Shown here piece after piece: positions 48,750-49,231 of a stretch of DNA of 49,231 nucleotides. Made by a program: the position numbers and the translations under genes. The first letter of the stretch is position 1. Each line of letters starts with the position of its first letter. The notes below the pieces were generated by a model that had not been told where the DNA came from, searched no databases, and worked only from the letters and a program-made list of their open reading frames with translations. This DNA is from Klebsormidium nitens. Its lineage: Eukaryota > Plantae > Klebsormidiophyceae. Where the stretch lies: the NCBI GenBank assembly GCA_000708835.1, contig DF237581.1, positions 1-49,231 on the forward strand, read 5' to 3'.

Positions 48750-49231
48750 ACGACAGGTTACACTGTCGTAGCAGCCCCATGCCTTTGATGGGTACGGGCT
48801 TATGAGAAGAGAACATCATTTCCAATGTGGGTGCTAGTAGCGCTCATGCTGGCTGGCCGGCATTTCTGCACCGACTAGAGCTTCCAGGAATTGGCCCCCA
48901 ATCGGCCCGCACCATTCATGCAGTGCAAGCGATCGAAGGAACCGTCACATTGCCGTTGCAGACCGATGCAACGCGGTCATTGACATGCCCAACTGGACAC
49001 ACACCACACATGCCGTGAGAAGCCTGCGCAAACCGATACGGCAAACTTTTAAGAGAAGACCTCCATCCTGCCAGCTGAGCAGACGACAGCTAGGTTTGCG
49101 GTGGGTTAACATGTGCTCAATTGTTCATGTACAGCTCGAGACTTTCTCGACATTTCGTGTATATCAAATGCCTATTCGAGGGCCATGCTCCTCGATGAAC
49201 ATTATCTTTCTGTAAGCAAGTCTGTCTCATC

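Noticed and set aside
48480-48760. Transit-peptide-like start of a plus-strand gene (MLAPAAALSVMLAGIR...; donor cg|gtgaga)
   Set aside because: The putative second exon coincides with dispersed repeat B, and no downstream domain is visible before the window ends. Left unannotated rather than disproved.
1-49231. rRNA, tRNA, CRISPR arrays, telomeric repeats, U12-type introns, viral or prophage genes
   Set aside because: None recognised by eye. tRNAscan-SE and Infernal/Rfam were not run, so small ncRNAs could have been missed.

Overview
Compact, intron-rich eukaryotic nuclear DNA from a green photosynthetic lineage. Plant-type orthologues, 200-700 nt GT-AG introns and GC-rich exons suggest a streptophyte alga such as Klebsormidium (inference). 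I assembled ten spliced gene models by hand, each with a continuous frame across its junctions: a DUF218/YdcF-family protein, chlorophyll synthase, a RING-WD40 protein, a TPT-family sugar-phosphate/nucleotide-sugar transporter, an SVR1-like pseudouridine synthase, an RraA-like/HMG aldolase, a TBC Rab-GAP, a divergent VIPP1/PspA protein, an SULTR4-type sulfate transporter and RPP30. There are also two unassigned ORFs (539 aa and 120 aa). Non-coding features are a perfect PIF/Harbinger-type MITE, a hairpin-bearing dispersed repeat present at both window ends, two intronic tandem repeats and two GC-AG introns. I found no rRNA, tRNA or CRISPR. I cannot demonstrate a complete novel multi-gene system. 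The best leads are the hidden cyanobacterial-type DUF218 gene, the VIPP paralogue with an altered nucleotide-site residue, and the unexplained 41.8-45.5 kb interval.
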